Shown here: piece by piece, positions 13,098 to 25,878 of the stretch
Layout of the letters: each line of letters opens with the position of its first letter
Numbering within the stretch: position 1 is the stretch's first letter
Assembly (NCBI GenBank): GCA_973895155.1
Contig: OZ316899.1
Coordinates: 15,775,974-15,839,973, forward strand
DNA: 64,000 nt
Origin: Marsupella aquatica
Taxonomy: Eukaryota; Plantae; Marchantiophyta
Reading direction: 5' to 3'
Position numbers and translations under genes: made by a program
The notes under the pieces: model-generated
Told to the model about the DNA's origin: nothing
Seen by the model: only the letters and a program-made list of their open reading frames with translations
Database searches by the model: none

Positions 13098-16000
13098 CTA
13101 AGTGTCAGGGCCACTTTTTGGCCCTGATCCTAATCCTAAATTTGGAGGTCCGTGCCCACTCAGCCCACTCACGCCTCCTACCTCCACGTCCGCCCTCCCT
13201 AAAAGGGACGGCCCCCTCCACTATCACAAACCTGGTGGCTGGCCCTCAAGGACGCCCCCAATCCTTCCGCGGCGGCCAATGTAGTCATCCTGTCCTCTGA
13301 CAGGTTACCCACTCCCAACTAGGTCAACTCATCCTCGACGTGACCAGGCCCCACTCCTACCTTGGCTTTTGCTTCTCCGGCTTGTAATAGTGGTGGGTCC
13401 GCTCCTGTGGCTTTGGCACTGTCAGTCTTTGCATTGGCCATCTTGCCGTAGTGGTCCTCCTCGTAGGCTCGTTCTATGAGTCGGGTTGTCTCGTCTTCCC
13501 AAGGTTGCAGTTGATGCCGATCAATGATTGGCAACCTTGAGTTAGTGCCCGTCATGGGCTCACCCAGCTGGTCTTCTTGGCCTACCTCCAAGACCGCCTC
13601 CTTGACAACCACTACCTCGCATAAGGCCGGTGCCATGCTTTCTACCTCAGCCACGATGGCCTGAGGAACCGTGTTGCTCCCTAACCCGGAAGGTTTTTGC
13701 TTCTTCTTGTCCTTCCCTTCCTAGGCAGCTGGTGCCTTCCCCTTGCCACTTACTTTTGGCAAAGGTGAGGTGCCTTCACTTGTTTGGTCAGTACCACGCC
13801 CTGCAACCCTGCTGCCGCCACCGAGGGTCCACTTGTTGCAGCCTACCAATTTAACTCCTTGGCCAATTTCTTCAGCCATTCCATTTGGTTGTCCGCCCGC
13901 CTCTACAAGTTCTCTAATTTCCGCGTGGCATCCTCAAACTCCTCCTGGGTCTTGTCTAAATCCCCGTGAGCTTCCTCCAACTCCTTCAGGTTTTTGTCCA
14001 ACTCCTTCTGTAAGACCGCTCTCTCCTCCTGGGTTGCTTTCAACTTTGTGTTGAGCTCATGGACGACATCAAACTCTATCTTATTCATCTTCTCGTAGGT
14101 TTGATTGAGCATGTCATCCTTCTTGCGCAGGTTGGCTTGAAAGTTGGCCGACAAGGTTTTGAGGTCCTCCTTCAACTTATCAACGCTCCTGTAGGCCTTA
14201 TCTAAGTTGTCCTTTTTTCTAATGGAAGGCCCTGCAAAATTCTTCAATCTCCTCCTTCAGTGCCCGCTCCTTCCTCTGCGCCTTTGCCATGGCCTTGTTG
14301 CTGATTGTTAGGTGAGCTACCTTTGCATCTTTAAGCTCATGCTTCCACTTCTCCTTCTCCTTGAGAGCCTCGGCCAAATGCCCTTGGGTCTGGGCAAGTT
14401 TATTCTTGATTAATTGGTTCTCAGTCTTGGCTGTATCCAGTTGCCCCTGCATGATGTTTATCTCATGCCTCCTAACCCGCAGCTTGTCTTGAGCCTGCTT
14501 GACTGCCTTTAGATCTTTAGCCTTGGCTTCCTTCTCTCTAAGCCGTTGGATGACCTCCTCATTCTTCATCCTCTCCAAGGCCAGTGCTTCCTCCAACAGG
14601 CTTTTCTCCAATCTCTCCCTATTGAGAAAAGGCCCTGACTCCAACTCCTTGCCAAAGATGTTGAGGACAAGTAATCCGCACATCCTCCTGGACTCGAGGG
14701 CTCTGCCACGTGCATAGGTGGAGTGGTTAGGAGATGCCGACATCTCCCAACGCAGCCTTTGTTCCCAGGTCGCCTTCCAAATCTTATCAAACATGGGCAA
14801 GGGCCCAACTTGGTCCTCTGCAAGCCGCCAAATGTCCTCCGGCCATCCTCCACCTGGCAAATCCTTTTCCTTGGCCAGGGTTGCCCTCTCCAGATCTTTG
14901 AGTCGCTCCTGCAACTCTTGGTCGGCCTTTTTTCTCCCATCGTAATTTGGATGAGGGACGTCAGGTGGGGAAGACTTTGGGCTTCTCTGTTGTTTTGGGT
15001 CCCCACGCACCACTCTTGGAAATGTGGGGACAAAACGGCCACAGGTCCATACCCCTGGTACCGAGCGATCTAACTTGTAGCCAAAGTCATCCTCGTTGTA
15101 TTCCTCCATGCCCTCCCTTCCGGCCTGGAGTACTGGTGCCTGCGGGTTCTCTCTTGGGCTGGCCGCAAACGCAACATCATTTTGGAAACTGTGCATGTGT
15201 GTGGGTCTCTCCTCTTGCTCCCACAGTTGCCTTCCTCTCTCCTCATCATGACTGGGAACCTTGGGCCCTTGTCTCTCGGGTTCTGGTCTTGAGGCTCCCA
15301 CGTACATCCACACCCCTGGCTTGTCTTCCGGCCTCCTTCTCTCTGCGCCCCCGACAAACAGATCTGCTCTGGTAGGTCTTCCGGTTCCTCCCTCCCCAAC
15401 CATACCCTGTACCGGTGCCTTTGTTACCATTGCTGTCTTCTCCTTTTGCAGCATCTGCAAGAGGTTTTGCATGGCCGGTTGATGCATTGGCATGGGTTCC
15501 GGCGTCGGCCTAAAGATTTGCAATATTGTGGGGTTGTCGGGCAGTTCAGGCTTCCTTGCTACCGGCCTTGGTTCTGACTCCTCCTCTGGCGCCCGTGCCT
15601 ACAGGGGGAGTATTGGTGCAAAGGTCTGGCTCCGGGCATACCAGCACAACAACGGCATGTGATAACCAAGCCGGGACACGCTCCCTTGGCCTACCACTTG
15701 TTGTTCCTCCTTCAAGATCTCTTTAGTTGGGTGAGGAGGTACCCATTGTAGTCCTGGCTTGGTCTGGCCTCTCTGCCAGGTAAACATGTGCCTTGCCAAT
15801 CTCCGGTCTTGGCTCAGGGGTCTCACTATATGGGGACCTCCCCATCGCCTGCAACGTTTTTAGGCCTCGGACCCCCTAAAATGTAAGAAATGTTTTTAAT
15901 TTTTTAACCCCTATAAAGTTGGAATATTCTTGGAATATTCTAAAAATTGGATTAAAAAGACCCTAATATTCTTATAAGTCTCAAAATTGAATTTAAAAGA

Positions 16001-16883
16001 CTCTATTGTTCTTCTACAAAAATTCTTAAGTCTTCCCTTAGAACCAATAAAATGACCCTATCCTTTGTCGCACGTGATATGCCATTTTTGTGGAAGTGAA
16101 ACCCCCGACGGTCTTGGTAGGTTGCAATGCATTGTCACCCGCAAGAAATCAATCATTTTTCCAATGTGTGGGTTGGTGCAGGTGTTTTGGAAGAAGCCAT
16201 TCTTTGTTGATGGCCCGAGGAACAATCCAAACTCCTTCTTTGGCAAGTTCTTCCAGGTGTCTACCTTGGTCTTGTTGCCCATCGGCAAGCCAAATACTTT
16301 GGCAATCACCTTGGGAGTGAGATAGAAGTCCCTCCCGTAGATGTTGGTTGAGGTGGACTCATGGTCCCATGATCCAACAAATTCCAGCAAGTTTGATTCC
16401 GGCACCTCCGGCTTTAGCCACGACAATCTAACAACCCGATCTGGCCATGAAGCCTTGGTATTTTTTGGTCTACATGGCTGGTAAAAATGCATTCTCATCC
16501 CGTGCAAAATATAACTGCATTGCCGGTGGTAGGACCGCCGCCCAACCCTTCCATGTATCATCTTTGGTAGGGATGGCATTGACTGGGTCGACCTCATGTT
16601 CCTTGACTGCCTCTTGCCTCTATCTTGATCCCTTGCTTGGCTAACTTTCTTGATGCCACCGACCTTGTTTTTTTGGCCGGTGTGGCTTTGTCGGTGTTGG
16701 CCATCTTCTTTTTCATTTTGGCAGCTCTTGACGACTCCCCCAACATTGTTGCTTTTGTTCACACCTCCGTGCAACCCTTTAGGTCCCAATGTTTGTCGTT
16801 GCAGTTGTTGATGGCCTCCTGGATGCCAACAATTCTGTCCTCTCAAAATAGAAGATCGTCGAGCTGATCGGGAGTAGAAGTCC
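13098..16883 (-). pseudogene. Family-B LTR-encoded protein, copy 2 (disrupted)
   Basis: ORFs 16058..16885, 14219..15523, 13903..14247 and 13319..13654 match the copy-1 and copy-3 peptides. Confidence 0.75.
15813..16109. mobile_element. ~296-bp MITE
   Basis: Absent from the other two B copies. Imperfect 14-15-bp TIRs TCAGGGGTCTCACT / AGTGAAACCCCCGA. Flanking direct repeat (C)GGTCTTGG of 8-10 bp. AT-rich non-coding interior. Confidence 0.85.
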
Positions 16884-18199
16884 AATCGCAGAACTCGACT
16901 ACCTTAATGCTTAGCTCCAGCGTCGCTCACTTTGATGCCAAGCTCCCTTATGGTCCAGGCCCGGATAGGCCATCCGGGGAGGACTTAGCATGGGGAGACT
17001 CGTGGGCAATGAGACGTGGTACTACCAAAGGCAAGGAGCCAAGCTGGTGACACACACTAACGACTTAGGCAAGCTGAGAGCTGGTCAGGTCAAGGGGAAA
17101 GGGGCTGGACTCAAGGTTGACCATTCGGGCCCCTGGAAGGACTTTGAGTTTTGAGGGCTTGAGTGTGAGCTGCTTTTGGGCCCAAGGCCAATGGAGTTGA
17201 TGCCATGGGCAACGGACGCTTGGGGCGTGAGTTATGGCCCGATCCGGGACCCCAAGCGGCAATGTGACCTGAGGGCCTAGGCATGAGCACTGGGTTGGAC
17301 TGATCACAACGGGCTAAGGCACTTCGGTTGCGGACACCTAACAAGAAAGTTCTGGGCGTTGACAGTTGGTGGTGCGCCCAATATGCACGATAGGTCCGGG
17401 TTGGAGGCCAAATGTTTAGGGACCAAAGTTGGTCCGGGGGTGGCAGGTCTCCAGAAGCATATATGAGGGGAGTGGTGTCTCCCTGGGGCCAAGGGCGAGC
17501 CAAAGTCAAGGCCAAGGGCGAGCCAAAGCTCAGATGGGTCTGGGGGCGCCATGGGTTCTCGAGGTTTGCGGGTGTTAGCTCTCCCGCTTGCCAAATCCTA
17601 CCGCGTTCAGTCTCCCAAGGGAGTTTGTGTTGGGGAGGCAAGGCCAAGTAGGCGTGGAGGTTGAGTTCCAAGGGTGTTTGGCCCCTAGACCATCAGTGGA
17701 GAGAGAACTGAGAGTTGGTTGCTAGAGTCGGGGCCGTTAGGATAAGCTACGCTATTTGGGCCATGAGCATGTCCTGGGGTCAGGACGGTCAGTTGGTGAT
17801 GGATGGGTACGAGTGGGAACCCGGGCCGTGCCCAAGGAAGGAGTTGTTCTGGACAAACAATGGGCGTGGGTTCTGGTTCTAGCTTATGGCATCGGGAGGA
17901 CCTATCGCTAACCAATTTACCTACGTCTGTTGAGCTTGAGTTAGGATTCTAGACTTGGCAAGTTCTAGATCCTGAAGGGTTACTTACCGATGTGCTTGGT
18001 TGCTTGTGCAAATAGTGAGGACCGTTGAGTATTGGTTGTGTTGGAGAGCAAGTGCAGCTTTGTGTGGGAGGGGCCGCTTGCGGTGCAAGGGGCACTAGGT
18101 TGCTTGATTGAGGTATTTTGTGGAGGCGTTTGGGCACCAGGGGCACTTAGGCGTGAGTGCTGTGATTGGTGAGGGCATTGGGTGGCAAGTTCCACCACT
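16884..18199 (+). repeat. 5' LTR of the family-A element (internal deletions)
   Basis: Starts AATCGCAGAACTCGACTACC (consensus AGTCGCGGAACTCGACTACC), ends TCCACCACT, and is followed by the PBS. Confidence 0.9.
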
Positions 18200-18201
18200 G
18201 C

Positions 18202-18213
18202 TGGTATCATAGC
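18202..18213 (+). promoter_or_regulatory. Primer-binding site complementary to initiator tRNA-Met
   Basis: TGGTATCATAGC versus canonical TGGTATCAGAGC, 2 nt after the LTR end. Confidence 0.85.
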
Positions 18214-18344
18214 GGTTGCCGACATAGACACCGGGCCGGGGTTGTGCTAGGTTGGAATCAAAAAATCTGAATGGATTTTTGTGGGGACTTAGTGCCTCAA
18301 CGTGCCCGGCGGGTCGACTGTGGGCAGATTCGGTTGATAGGGAC

Positions 18345-19034
18345 ATGGCAAAGAACACTCGATCAAAGAGTGGCAAACAGGCTCCCCTCGCCAAGGGGAG
18401 AGCCCAAGTTCAAGAAGAACAGAAGGAGGACGGATCAACTTCCCTAGATGAACATTACAAGCAAGACAACAAAGATGTGGTGGCCGAACCATCGACGGCC
18501 GCATCAAACACATCAAGTGCAGAGCGCCGTTGACTTAACGGAAAGGAGGTGGTTGATCCTTCAGAGGACGGGTCGGACGGCGATGGCTCCGACGCGGATC
18601 GAAGCGACAATGATGTAGAAGCTAAATTGGAGGAAGAGGGTCAAGACCTAGAGGAGGAACTAATCCCAACCTTGAGAGGGTTGGATGCGGAACCAAAGGA
18701 TGATGTCGAGCCAGACGTCAATCTGGATAATTTGACCAAGCAAAACTAGGGCGATGCGGGTGATGTCTCAGCCCAAGGAGGTCACAATGCCCGCAAGACC
18801 CGGGAAATTTCACTAAAATCCACAAAGGACAGGCGGCTTGCAAAGGAAAGACGGTTGGAGGACCGTCCTCATACAACCTGCAAGGGCCCAGCTACTCACA
18901 ACGGTTTGGGTTTGTTGACTCAAGACCAATGACTCATTTATGAGCAGTTGGAACACAACAAGGGGGCCCAGATCAAGTACTTACTTAGTCTGGGTAGTCA
19001 GAGTGTGACGCGTCCCGAGGGGGGAATGGTAGTT
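18345..19034 (+). pseudogene. gag: Family-A gag, N-terminal acidic/low-complexity part
   Basis: ATG at 18345 (MAKNTRSKSG...) downstream of the PBS, with in-frame stops; interrupted at 19035 by a solo LTR and resumes after 33511. Confidence 0.6.
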
Positions 19035-20577
19035 AGTCGCGGAACTCAACTACCTTAACACTTAGCTTCGGCGTTGCTGACTCTAACGCCGAGCTCCCTT
19101 ATGGTCCGGGCCCGGATAGGCCATCCAGGGAGGACTTAGCATGGGGAGACTTGTGAGCGACAAGACGTGGCGCTAGCAAAGGCAAGGAGCCAAGCTGGTG
19201 ACACACACTAAGGACTTGGACTAGCTGAGAGCTGGTCGGATCAAGGGGAAATGGACTGGGCTCAAGGATGACCGTCCGGACCTCCGAATGGATTTGAGTT
19301 TTGATGGCTTGAGTGTGAGCTGCTTTTGGGCCCAAGGCCCATGGAGTTGACGCCATGGGCAACGGACGCTTGGGGTGCAACTTATGGCCCGATCCGGGTT
19401 GGGCCGATCGGGGGCCCCGGGCGGCGATGAGACTTGAGGGCCTGGGCATCAGCACTGGGTTGGCCCGACCACAACGGGCTAAGGCACTCCGCTTACGGAT
19501 GCCTATCAAGAAAGTTATGGGCGTTGCCAGTTGGTGGCGTGCCCATTATGCGTGATAGGATCTGGGTTGGGGGCCAAATGTTTAGGGACCAAAGCTGGTC
19601 CAGGGGTGGAAGGTCTCCAGAAGCATATATGAGGGGAGTGGTTTCTCCCTTGGGCCTAAGGGTGAGCCGAGTTGTGACCCGCGACAGTCGCGACAGTCGC
19701 GACACTAAGGGAAATCGCCAAACGGAAACGGCGATATCTTCCCGATGGGAAGTCCGTTGGAGGACTTCTTGGGTGCGTTGGAAAGCTCTACTGGGTCTGG
19801 GGGCACCATGGGTTTTCAGGGTTTGCGGGTGTTAACTCGCCCACTTGCCAAATCCTGCCAAACAACAGCCAAGCCGCGTTCAATCTCCCAAGGGAGCTTG
19901 CATTGGGGAGGCAAGGCCAAGTAGGTGTGGAGGTTGAGTTCCAAGAGTGCTCGGTCCCTAGACCGTTAGTGAGACAAATCAGGAGTTGGTTGCTAGAGAC
20001 GGGGCCATTCTGGTCCCGACGTGTTGGGACAAGCTTGGGACAAGCTTTAGGACAAGCTACAATAATTGGGCCATGAGCATGTCCTGAGGTCAGGACGGTC
20101 AGTTGGTGATGGATAGGTACGAGAGGGAACCCGGGTCGCGCCCATGGAAGGAGTTGTTTTGGACGAACAGTGGGCGTGGGTTCTGGTTCCGGCTTATGGC
20201 ATCGGGAGGACCTATCGCTGACCTATTTACCAATGTCTATTGAGCTTGAGTTAGGATGCTAGACTTGGCAAGTTCTGGATCCTGAAGGGTTACTTACCAA
20301 GGTGCTTGGTTGCTTGTGCAGATAGTGAGGACCTTTGAGTAGCGGTTGTGTAGGAGAGCAAGTGCGGTTTCGTATGGGAGGGGCCGCTGGTGGTGCAAGG
20401 GGCACTAGGGTGCTTGCTCAAGGTATTCCGTGGAGGCGTTTGGGCACCAGGGGCACTTAGGCGTGAGTGTTGGGATTGGTGAGGGCGCTGGGTGGAGTGG
20501 TGGACCTAGCCACCCAGCACCCTCACCAATCCCAGCACTCGCGCCTAAGTGCCCTTGGTGCCCGAACGCCTCCACGG

Positions 20578-21209
20578 CTCACCTAGCACCCAAAAACCTA
20601 CACGGTGCAATCCTTGTAGATGTTGGAGCAAATCTACAAGATAAGGCAAAAGCGTTAGTCTTAATTTTCCACCATCTAGCAGAACCATTGAAAACCCAAT
20701 ACTTGAACTAACTTAATCCTCGGGTCCTATGGGAAGAGCTAAAATTAAGATATGACCACATGAGAACAATATCACTACCTACAACATGCCATGACTGGAT
20801 CAACTTGCAAGTTCAAGACCATACGACAATTGCAAATTATAATAATGAACTGTTCCAAATTGTATGACAATTGGCTGTGTGCAGCCACCCGGTTGGAGAT
20901 GATGAATAGATAGAGAGAAATTTATCTCTAACTAACTCCAACTAACTTGATACTATCATCACAATACCGCAATATGAATTTCACAAAGTACTCTGAATTG
21001 ATAGCGCATATGCTCTTGGCCAAAAAACACTAATCTTATTGCAGGAGAACTCAAAGTTGAGACCCCTTGGGATTGCACGACCGCCACAACCGACTGAAAT
21101 AAACTTTAACAACTTTGATGATAAAAGGCAAGGAAACTATAAAGGACATGGAAACAGGGGCGTAGAGAGCATTCATCTTATAGAGGATGTCCCCAAAACA
21201 TGGTTGGAA
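20578..21209 (+). pseudogene. gag: Ty1/copia (Bianca-like) gag fragment
   Basis: Translation DKAKALVLIFHHLAEPLKTQYL..PRVLWEELKLRYDH...WINLQVQD...YNNELF...QYR..F.KYSELI matches Bianca-type gag; several stops. Confidence 0.75.
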
Positions 21210-21899
21210 GGGGTATAGCAGTGGAGACAAGAAAAAGGAAACAGTTTTCCTGTTACCAGGTAATTTCTCCTGGTAGCAGGAAATTGTTATTGTAAAGGTG
21301 TACTCTTTGGCAAAGTTTTTCAAAAATTCACGTAAGTAACAACCACATACTGAAGCTGAAAATATTCCTACTGGCATAAGACACGACGTCAGATATAAGT
21401 GAAAGGTGTGCTCACAGTTGCTCGAAGAGGTTCTAATCCCTTGTCACTTGCTCAGATTATAGATAAAAAAGGGTTGTCATTCAATTCACTGTTGTTTAGA
21501 TATAGCATCATTTCTAAATAGTCCACTTTGGAATACTTCATTTAGTTCATATACTTCATTAGTGTGTTTTTAAAAAGCCAAACCATGAAACCCATGGAGG
21601 AATGGAGTATGCTCAAGTGGGACCCACCACAAAGCCAGTTATAGTCTGAATTAAGTCATCAGAAACATAGGGTTCTGCCAGGCAGAGTGTGAAACTAGCG
21701 CCAGGCACTAACAAAGGATAAAGTACGCAGAATATAGCGACGATAATCAAAGCTTACGGGACCATCCAATGACACTAACCAGATAAAATCAAATCATCCC
21801 GACGCTAACCAAAACCACATTAAAAACTAGAGTAATATCCATTAACTAAAGACAAAACAACATAGTATCCGTTATGGAATACGACAGTTAAGGAAAAAT

Positions 21900-24800
21900 T
21901 GCGTCCCTCTATAAACCATTTGCGTTCTGCCTCTCCAACACAAGTTTGACTTCCCCAACTGTCAAAATGGGTTGGCTACATAGGGTAGACTCCTCTACAT
22001 GAAACATGAAGACATTTATGAACACCTAGTACAAATGTTTACAGGGCATATACGGCTTGCCGCGGGAATGACGACGGAAGAAATCCTCACAGGAACAAGT
22101 AGGAAAGATGCACATCTGGACAAAGTAAGTGTTTGGGGATCGAAGGTTCTCGTGAGTCCGTATTCTGAATTGTTTTCCAAAAGCAATTCCACTAATCACA
22201 TCCCACTCTCCATCCAGAGTCATAGCTTCTTTTTGAGCCGACTCCATTTGTTTACTATGAGCCACAGTTTGATTAGAGCGAGGTCTGGAGTTCCTCCCAT
22301 TCCTTTTACGAAGATGCACGTTGGGCTTCACAAAATTGATTTTCTCTGGAAATGCGTTTACATTGATTCTCAAGTCGAATGCAACAGGTGCAGTTAGAAT
22401 TCGAGAGGTCGCAACTGTGTGGACCATATAGACTCCCTGCGCTTGGAGGTACTCTATCTCACCAGGCAAGAGGTTTGTTCCTTTCACAATTGGCAGGATG
22501 TCCAGTACAAGAGGAAGGCATTCAACACCACGACGCAGGAGGCTCTTGTAGCATGTGCTGTTTGGGCAGAACCATATCATTTTGGCAATGGACGTTCCTC
22601 TGAAAATGCAATGTCCGCTGACAAAAATGCCGACAACACCAGCAGCAGAATGGAACCCTACTTTCTTGACACGATTTTGACACTCATCTCTGTCAAAATT
22701 TCCATGCAAGGTCCCATTACACTGTGGCCCTGCCCCATATTTGGCCGTCCGTCTCAAATGCCAGCTCCCTCTAGGAAGTCCATTTCCAAAGGAGTTGATT
22801 CTGTCGGCAAACATTGAAGCATAGCAAGGGCACTGCGTGGTGGTTGAGATGATGTTGTTTCCCTTGTGGCTCCAAGGGTGTTCGCAAGGGAATTGCTTTC
22901 ACTTGTTGAAGTGTCACTCCTGCAGAGGTCTACTACAAGATCTACTACATTGGCGGGAATGGAAGTGAACTCAGTGTTATTGAGATTCTTCCGTTTGAAT
23001 CCTTGAGTATTTGGGGTAGTGATGAGAATGGTGTCATGCCGATGGGAGTCTTGTGGCGAGACAATCCCAGTTGCAAGTCCCTTCCTCTTAACCGATTTGG
23101 TGACGATATCTCCATTCAGAGGAGAATTCCTACCCAGATCAAAATCAGCAGAGTTGGAAAGAATCATGTTAGTGGCTTCTTTGATTAACTTGGGTGAACC
23201 TGCTTGGTCTGCCGAACGGAATGCTAATTCCCAGATAGTTGGCCCCTTCCCTCTATTGAGTCCTTTCCGCATACACTGTAACCCGCAACTTGAGATATAC
23301 CTCAATTTTGATCAACTTTGCATGCTTTGAAGAGACCCACCATTTTTTTGGTTGCCCATGCTTTCATTGAAGCGTGCCTTGACTCAAAACCTATACAGTT
23401 TGGAATGAGGGCACCTTCTTCTGCACTTTTGCTTTGCAATGAAGTCGATCCAGACCAACTTTAGTCAATTTGTTTAAGTAGTGCTAGCAATGTATATGAT
23501 ATATTAATATAATTTGGTATTATCAAGTGTTCCTAAGCCATCAATGTGGCAAAGTTATCTATACAGTTTAAAGCAGCGCCAAGCACTAGCAATGTGTATG
23601 ATACAATAATATAATGTTGGTATCTGTACAGTTTAAAGCAGCGCCAGGCGCTAGTATAAACACACTGAGAAGTGACTATTGTACGTATTGATAAAACTTA
23701 CCACGCGAATGAAATTCCCCCACTGACGCCATTGAACGACCCACCATGATATCCAACTCTGCAACATCATCAATTTTCCTGGTACACAGTTGCCTGCTTG
23801 CCACCACAACACAATCTTCCTAGAAACTCGGTACACCGCAACGAACGATGGAGCATTTTGCAATTTCTCCCAGAGTCTTCGATGTTCAGGTTGCCTACCC
23901 TCTAGTACTCCCTCCGTGGAATGTTGATGGAAAGACTGGTAAAAGTGGAATGCATCAGAGCATTCATGTTCAGGGTCTAGGTGACCTCCAAAAAGACATT
24001 GCGAACGACGATCCATCCAGCCTGAGCATTGTCAACCATAAAACCTTGAATGACAACCTCATATAACCCATTTTTCCTTACAAACCTCAATCATAATTCT
24101 CCATGCCTTCTCAAAGGACTCTGTGTCTTCAGCTTTTAGTTCGCATGTGAATATTGTACAAAGAGCTCGAAAGTTATGATTGTAAACATGTGCACTGAAA
24201 GTAAACCACTCGACGAACCCAGTACAAGTGACCTTACCAAACTCCCAATGTTTCTTTGGTTGCACGTTTACGGTTGTTGGAAAAATCCTTTGGCACGGTC
24301 CATATCACGAAGTCTAGATCCCTTGGACTGCATTCCCTCAATGGGAGGCAACTCAAATACAACATTTCCGTTGTACTTGTTTGGCAAACAAGGAACTTGC
24401 TCATGTTGAAAGTCCCCTACCAAGATAAATCTCGACAGTTCACTATGTCCCGTGGCCTTGAGTAAGGCGTCCATTGCACTCCGCCGGTAAACCGTATGGA
24501 CACTCCGGAGGTGGCCACCGGTTCTCTTAAGGCAACTAGAGTCTGGAACTTTGTACTTTGTAGGAGGATTGGGCGCAACATCCTCATCTTCACTCTAAGA
24601 TATTTTAACAACCTGGGTCGGAATGTTCTCAACAATCGATTGAAGAGGAGTAAGTCTGACATGAAGCGTGTAATGAAGTCCGACATTCATGTGCCAAAAA
24701 CATATTCCCTCATCCACATCAAATGCCGCAGCATGTTCAAGTCCTCCACTTGTTGACTCCTCAGGAACAATCGACTCAATGTCATTGATTCTCAAATCGA

Positions 24801-24948
24801 ATCTCCCGCACAAGTAGGTTTTGCTTACTTGCTTGTAAGTATCAGAAACTTGCACGGGAACCTTGACGACGTTCCCGGTACAAGCACGTGTAATAACAAT
24901 TGAGCGCGACATTGTAGATGAATGAAGTGAAAGCCAAAGGAAATTCAT
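21900..24948 (-). pseudogene. MULE-family transposase with C-terminal SWIM zinc finger (disrupted, intron near 23460-23700)
   Basis: SWIM motif TCSCEDF...PCKHLY in 22026..22814. MULE core-like segments FSAHVY..LCTIFTCELKAED and GFMVDNAQAGW...ECSDAFHF (~23900-24265). N-terminal LPNKYNGNVVFELPP. Confidence 0.72.
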
Positions 24949-25171
24949 GCACTAAGCCAATCCCGACCGTATGGGTTGCTTATACCACCCCTTCAAAGAC
25001 CAACGGCCGTTAAAAGAGTTGTTTCAATGCGACAGAGAACACGCACAACTTTGCATCCGTTGAAATCATAAATGAAACATTTGTCCTTTTTGCCCGGCAA
25101 GTGCGGGTGTCAGGAATATTTATTACATGAATACGACTAGATAATAGCCTATACAAGTGCATCCAGTTCAT

Positions 25172-25562
25172 TAGCGTTAGGCGCTACCAAAAAAGCATTT
25201 GAATAACAATGACTTAATTTGAAAAGTCTTGTGACTAGCGCCTGGCGCTAGCATAATCATACACGCAATATTCATGAATTGTTTTTGCAAAATATTCCAT
25301 CACAAGCATTTTTAAGTTCAAATACAATAAATTGGTACTAGCGCCTGGCGCTAGTATTGATACAATATACTTAATACCTTAATATCAAGTAAAGTTTAGT
25401 TACTATGATTGAAATGAGTACATTTGGAAGTTTGTTAACAATATCTGGTACTAAAATAGAACGTTAATCAAACTATTCACATGGCTAGCGCCGGGCGCTA
25501 GCATTTGTTCACCAATAAGTTTTTGAATTTAGTGGTCACTTCTTTGTTAGCGCCTGGCGCTG
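25172..25562. repeat. Cluster of five 15-bp palindromes TAGCGCCnGGCGCTA in the divergent promoter region
   Basis: Copies at 25172, 25236, 25339, 25486 and 25548 in otherwise AT-rich DNA; further copies are dispersed from 21696 to 32002. Confidence 0.9.
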
Positions 25563-25878
25563 GCATTGCATGTCTGTTTGAAAGGTGTTGAGACAATGGT
25601 AACATTTAACGGTAACTATTGTTTAGCGTGATGATCACGCCAACATTTTAGCGTAATTCACATTAATACTTATCGCAATTTATAAATTGTCGCTTTCTGT
25701 CACGGATAAGTAATATTGAATCTCGTCGTTCACAATGAGTAACGTCTCTCCAACCAATTGAAAAGAGGGGAATGGCGCTCATTGATTGGATATAATACGG
25801 ACGCAACTATTAATATGGTACGGAGAACTAGTAATCGGTCGTGAGAATTCCGTTTGTACACCTTTCAGCGTAAAGACG

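Larger units (their letters stand above)
12686..16883 (-). mobile_element. Truncated family-B LTR (copy 2)
   Basis: Colinear with ~3460-7180. The 5' end is lost at the family-A LTR (16884), the 3' ~370 bp is missing, and it contains a MITE. Confidence 0.88.

Noticed and set aside
16884-20495. Apparent short non-autonomous LTR element with a PPT-like GAGGGGGGAA at ~19017
   Set aside because: The second LTR is a solo insertion into gag, shown by the TAGTT TSD completed at 33507-33511.
20428-20577. ~70-bp-arm inverted repeat (possible miRNA-like hairpin)
   Set aside because: Fully explained by an inverted LTR-A inserted into the end of another LTR-A (TSD GGTGG).
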